From assembly GCA_951406725.2 (NCBI GenBank), contig OX597819.1:78058001-78122000 (forward strand): DNA of 64,000 nt, read 5' to 3'. The translations under genes were made by a program, and so were the position numbers. Source of the DNA: Octopus vulgaris. Lineage: Eukaryota. Below, piece by piece: positions 59,270 to 64,000 of this stretch (position 1 is its first letter; every line of letters starts with the position of its first letter). The notes under the pieces were generated by a model. That model did no database searches. It was not told the DNA's origin and saw nothing but the letters and a program-made list of their open reading frames with translations.

Positions 59270-59307
59270 CTGCACCCAAAGCTACACGCGTGTAGCTTTG
59301 GGTGCAG
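59270..59307. repeat. Perfect 38-bp zero-spacer palindrome
   Basis: CTGCACCCAAAGCTACACG|CGTGTAGCTTTGGGTGCAG. Confidence 0.95.
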
Positions 59308-59690
59308 TGTCGGCCACGTGCACATGCAGCAATGAATGCATCTCTATTAATTTCGACCCAAGAATACATATTCAGCTGAGCTATCAACTGAACGACTGAA
59401 CTGGTGTCGGTATAGCTACGTATACCGCAGAAACGCCTATTCTTAACGAAATTCCCGGACAGAATCAGTAAGGCGTAACGTATGACGAGTTTGTTCCCTT
59501 GAATTACAAGCAGCTGACGGGTTTCAGTATAATTTAAGCCTTCACAAAAATCGCTAGATCTCTTTCGTATATACAATTTTAGTGCAGGCAATCGATCCGA
59601 GGTTTATTTTAAACAACACTTGCTCAAGACGCCACGAACTACCCACGAACCTCGGACTCCACGTTTAAGAAACAAACGTCTTAACCATTC

Positions 59691-59730
<40 letters not shown>

Positions 59731-59754
59731 GTGTGTAGGTGAGTATATACGTAT

Positions 59755-60445
<691 letters not shown>

Positions 60446-60556
60446 CACGCACACATACATACATAAATATATATATAAATGCATACTTACCTACAGAGAG
60501 AGAGGGGGGATAATGGATAGACAGACAGACAGATAGTCAGACAGACAGACAGACAA

Positions 60557-60602
<46 letters not shown>

Positions 60603-61615
60603 CATAAATATACATCCAGCCTTATATTATGTATATACACATAACAGACATACATACATACATATACGTACGTTCATATCTACATAAGTACATACACGTA
60701 TACATGCACACATCACATACACATACACATACACACCCATCTGCACTCTCGCACACACACACACACATACACACACAGTGAAGCACAATACAGAGAACAG
60801 AACGAGCCATCTCTTTTCCATCAGTAAAGCGACGTTGTATAATAAATTAGCAAGCTAATGACTAGCAACTGTAGTTCAAATGATGGATATAGTGACGTCT
60901 ACAAATACATCGGACTAGATAAATTATAACTGTAGTTTGGTTTCTTACACAGTAGCGGACTTAGAAAACTACTGACTTCAACGAACGGTTTACTAAGCCT
61001 ATTTAGCCATTATCGTGTCGGTAGAATAGCACTCCAATGTGTTTCTTATCCTAACAAACACACAGGACATATGCGTGTAAATGTGTACATGGGTCTTTTT
61101 ATGTGTGTGGTTTTTGCTTTGTATGTATATGTGTGTGTATATGTAAGTATGTCATAAGATCGGAGTGGTTAAAAAGATCGCTTTGCAATCAAATGGTTCA
61201 GTCCAACAACGCGGCACATTGAGTGACTTCTACTATAACCCCGAGACGACTAATGCCTTGTGAATGAACCTCGTAAACAGATACTGTAAGGAAGCCTGTA
61301 GTGTATGTGTATATATATAAATACAAAATAGGACAAGAACGCAAAACATTCAAATAGACGATACAAAACACACGGACGGGACATTCGAAGCCTTCAATCT
61401 TCAGTCAAGAACCGGATCATCCTCGCAATTTCGGCTGATTAATCTTGAGATTTCTCCGATCTGACCAGCCCCAAGGAAAAACTAAGCTACGAGCATTAGC
61501 TTTCTTGGGAAAAGGATCGAATGTATACGAAAGAAGGACAGAAAAACGGACGATGTTACACTTGGGCAAGTTTCTTCTACTACAGCCTTGGGTCGAACAA
61601 AGGCATTTTTCTGAT

Positions 61616-61687
61616 GGCCAGATAACTGAAGAGATGGCGGCGTGGATTTCCACAACGGCATCCGAAACTCGGAGTTTTATCATGGCT
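61616..61687 (+). ncRNA. Type-I hammerhead ribozyme motif with canonical core
   Basis: GGCCA-GATAA-[CTGAAGA]-GATG..GTGGA-TT-TCCAC..CATC-C-[GAAA]-CT-CGG-AG-[TT]-TTATC-A-TGGCT; 10-bp stem I with one bulge; one unpaired C before GAAA. Confidence 0.75.
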
Positions 61688-61795
61688 ACCGAATAATTGT
61701 CACATATTACATTTACAGAGAAATTCCTCTATTTACATAATATCGAGGTCTCGTTCTTTCTTTTGTTGTCTTACCATTTTTATCAATATATATAT

Positions 61796-61939
<144 letters not shown>

Positions 61940-62019
61940 GTGAGTATGTAGGTAGGTATGTATGTATGTAGGTAGATAGGTAGGTAGGTAGGTAGGTAGG
62001 TAGGTAGATAGGCAGGTAG

Positions 62020-62432
62020 GCGCAGGCGCAGGCGTGGCTGTATAGTAAGAAGTTTCCTTCACAAACTACATGCTTCCAGGTTCAATCCCCCTGCGTGACA
62101 CCTTGGGCAAGTTTCTTCTACTACAGCCTTGCGTCGAACAAAGCTTTGTGAGTGGATTTGGTAGAAGAAAATTGAAAGAAAACGTCGTATATGTGCGTGT
62201 GTGTATGTGTTTGTATGAGTGTGTGTGTCTGTGTCTTGGTGTTGTTTGTCCCTCCACTACTGCTTGACAACTGGTGTTGGCGTGTTTATGTCCCCGCAAA
62301 ATAGCGGTTCGGCAAACGAAACCGATAGAATAAGTACCAGGCTTCAAAGAAAATAAATACTGGAGCCGATTCTTTCGACTAAAAATCCTTTGAGGTGGTA
62401 CGCAAGCATGGCCGCAGTCTAATGACTGAACT
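62020..62432 (+). mobile_element. SINE family B
   Basis: Colinear with 56267-56671. Confidence 0.85.
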
Positions 62433-62489
62433 ATGTGTGTGTTTGTGTACACACACACATATATATGTTGTATATCATTGAGACTACTT

Positions 62490-62790
62490 TCGGTCACAAC
62501 ACAGACCATGGGATTGCACTTAGAAAGTTACCCTCCTAGGCACAAGTCCAGTCAAGATTGTTTATGGATGACCAGCAGTCGCCCATGCATACCGGCCTCT
62601 CCACTCCACGCTACCAGTGTTATCCAAGGGAAAGGCAACGGCCGGTACAGCTTGGCACCTGTGACGTCGCAACTCAAATTCTACAGCTGAGTGAACTGGA
62701 GCAACGTGAAATAAAGTGTCTTGCTCAAGAACACAACATGCTGTCCGATCCGGGATTCGAGCTCACAGCCTCACGATTGTAAGCCCAGAG
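62490..62790 (-). mobile_element. SINE family C
   Basis: Colinear with 43397-43728. Confidence 0.85.
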
Positions 62791-62957
62791 TTCATAGATC
62801 AGTGAGATATACACACTGCTACCCAAAAGTTTAAGATCACCTAAACTTATTTTGAAAAAAAATCATCTACAAAATAGAAATAACTAAGAAATTCTGGTGA
62901 AATATTTTATTTATGTATAGTTACATTCATTGGGTGGAGGCACATGGCCTAGTAAAG

Positions 62958-63258
62958 TGAAGGCACATGGCCTAATGGTTAGAGCAGCGGACTCGCGGTC
63001 GAGGGATAGCGGATTCGAATCTCAGGCCGGGTGATGTGTGTGTTTATGAGCGAAACACCTAAGCTCCACGCGGCTCCGGCAGAAGGTAATGGCGAACTTC
63101 TGCTGACTTTCGCCACAACATTCTCTTACTCTTTCCTCCTGCATCTTGCAGCTCACCTGCGACGGACCGACGTGCCGTCCAGGTGGCGAACCTATACGCC
63201 AAAGAAACCGGGAAACCGGCCCTATGAGATAGGCATGACTTGACAAGGAACAAACAGC
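62958..63258 (+). mobile_element. SINE: 103-290-type head/body joined to CTGCGACGGAC...GAAACCGG tail module
   Basis: Body matches 103-290; tail matches 26525-26600. Confidence 0.8.
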
Positions 63259-63378
63259 ATTCATTGACTGACATAATTAATTTGTATGTAAAAAAATTTT
63301 TAATCTTCGGATTTTTTAAAAATATGCTAGGCCACTGGTTTTAATTGATTAATATCAATTTCTAACCTTATTTTATTT

Positions 63379-63446
<68 letters not shown>

Positions 63447-63533
63447 ATTTCATCTACTTTCAGCTCACGAGCTGTGGCCATGCTGGGGCACCGCCATTGA
63501 CTGGCGGTGCCCCAGCATCTATCTATCTATCTA

Positions 63534-63594
<61 letters not shown>

Positions 63595-63598
<4 letters not shown>

Positions 63599-63800
63599 GT
63601 TAATCCAAACAAGAAAGCACAAAAAAAAACACAACAACGCGAGGACGTGGAACAAATATAGTATTATTTGACGCTCAGGAAAGAAGGAAAGAAGGAGGAT
63701 TTAACGTTTCAAGCGGAGCTCTTCGTCGGAAACATAGAAGGAAAGATCCAGAGAAGGGAAGACAGAGGAAAAAAATCGCCAACGGTACACACGAGGTCAC
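63595..63800 (-). mobile_element. Solo PLE terminal fragment with hammerhead motif (63697-63735), 3' end at (TA)n
   Basis: Minus strand GTTT-[CCGACGA]-A-GAGC-TCC-GCTT-[GAAA]-CG-[TT]-AAAT then CCTGAGCGTC.AATAATAC, as in the 48.9 kb terminus. Confidence 0.75.
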
Positions 63801-64000
63801 ATTTTGAAAGTATTATGTATTTGAAAAAAATTAATGGAAATGGCTTTTAATAATTAGATCTTTATAGGTTCACTAAAGATGTGAGTGCTGAGGGCGAGGC
63901 GATTTAGCTTATCCCCATCGGTTAGCCGTGCCTGCGTTCGGGGAGTGATGGACCGATCGATTTCCCCACCCCTTACAATTGCTGGCCTTGTGCCAAACTA

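Noticed and set aside
61381-61440. Minus-strand CTGAAGA and GAAA as a second hammerhead
   Set aside because: Stems I and II could not be closed in any topology.

Overview
Eukaryotic, AT-rich, microsatellite-saturated DNA that is intergenic or deep intronic. The repeat content points to an invertebrate, most likely an octopod cephalopod; this is inferred, not database-confirmed. No host protein-coding gene is confidently visible, and nearly all listed ORFs are simple-repeat artefacts. The real content is: (1) a young, 5'-truncated Penelope-like element (PLE) with an uninterrupted RT + GIY-YIG frame (46385-48977), an older PLE relic, and many solo PLE terminal fragments; (2) a train of R4/Dong-like RLE retrotransposon fragments separated by (ATT)n (17.3-22.9 kb), with another copy at 41-43.3 kb; (3) CR1-group, RTE-like, L1/Tx1-like, Gypsy-integrase and DD37D Tc1/mariner relics; (4) three main tRNA-headed SINE families and an unclassified (TAA)n-associated element; (5) a truncated tRNA-Gly(GCC). 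The most interesting signal is a set of at least seven minimal type-I hammerhead ribozyme motifs (several with non-canonical cores and loop-less ACGT stem III). Most lie in PLE terminal fragments whose 3' ends run into (TA)n tracts, and some of those tracts sit inside a SINE. Several zero-spacer palindromes, a twin-priming-like inversion and a locally templated insertion are also visible. Coordinates of degraded repeats are approximate, and family names come from motif recognition.
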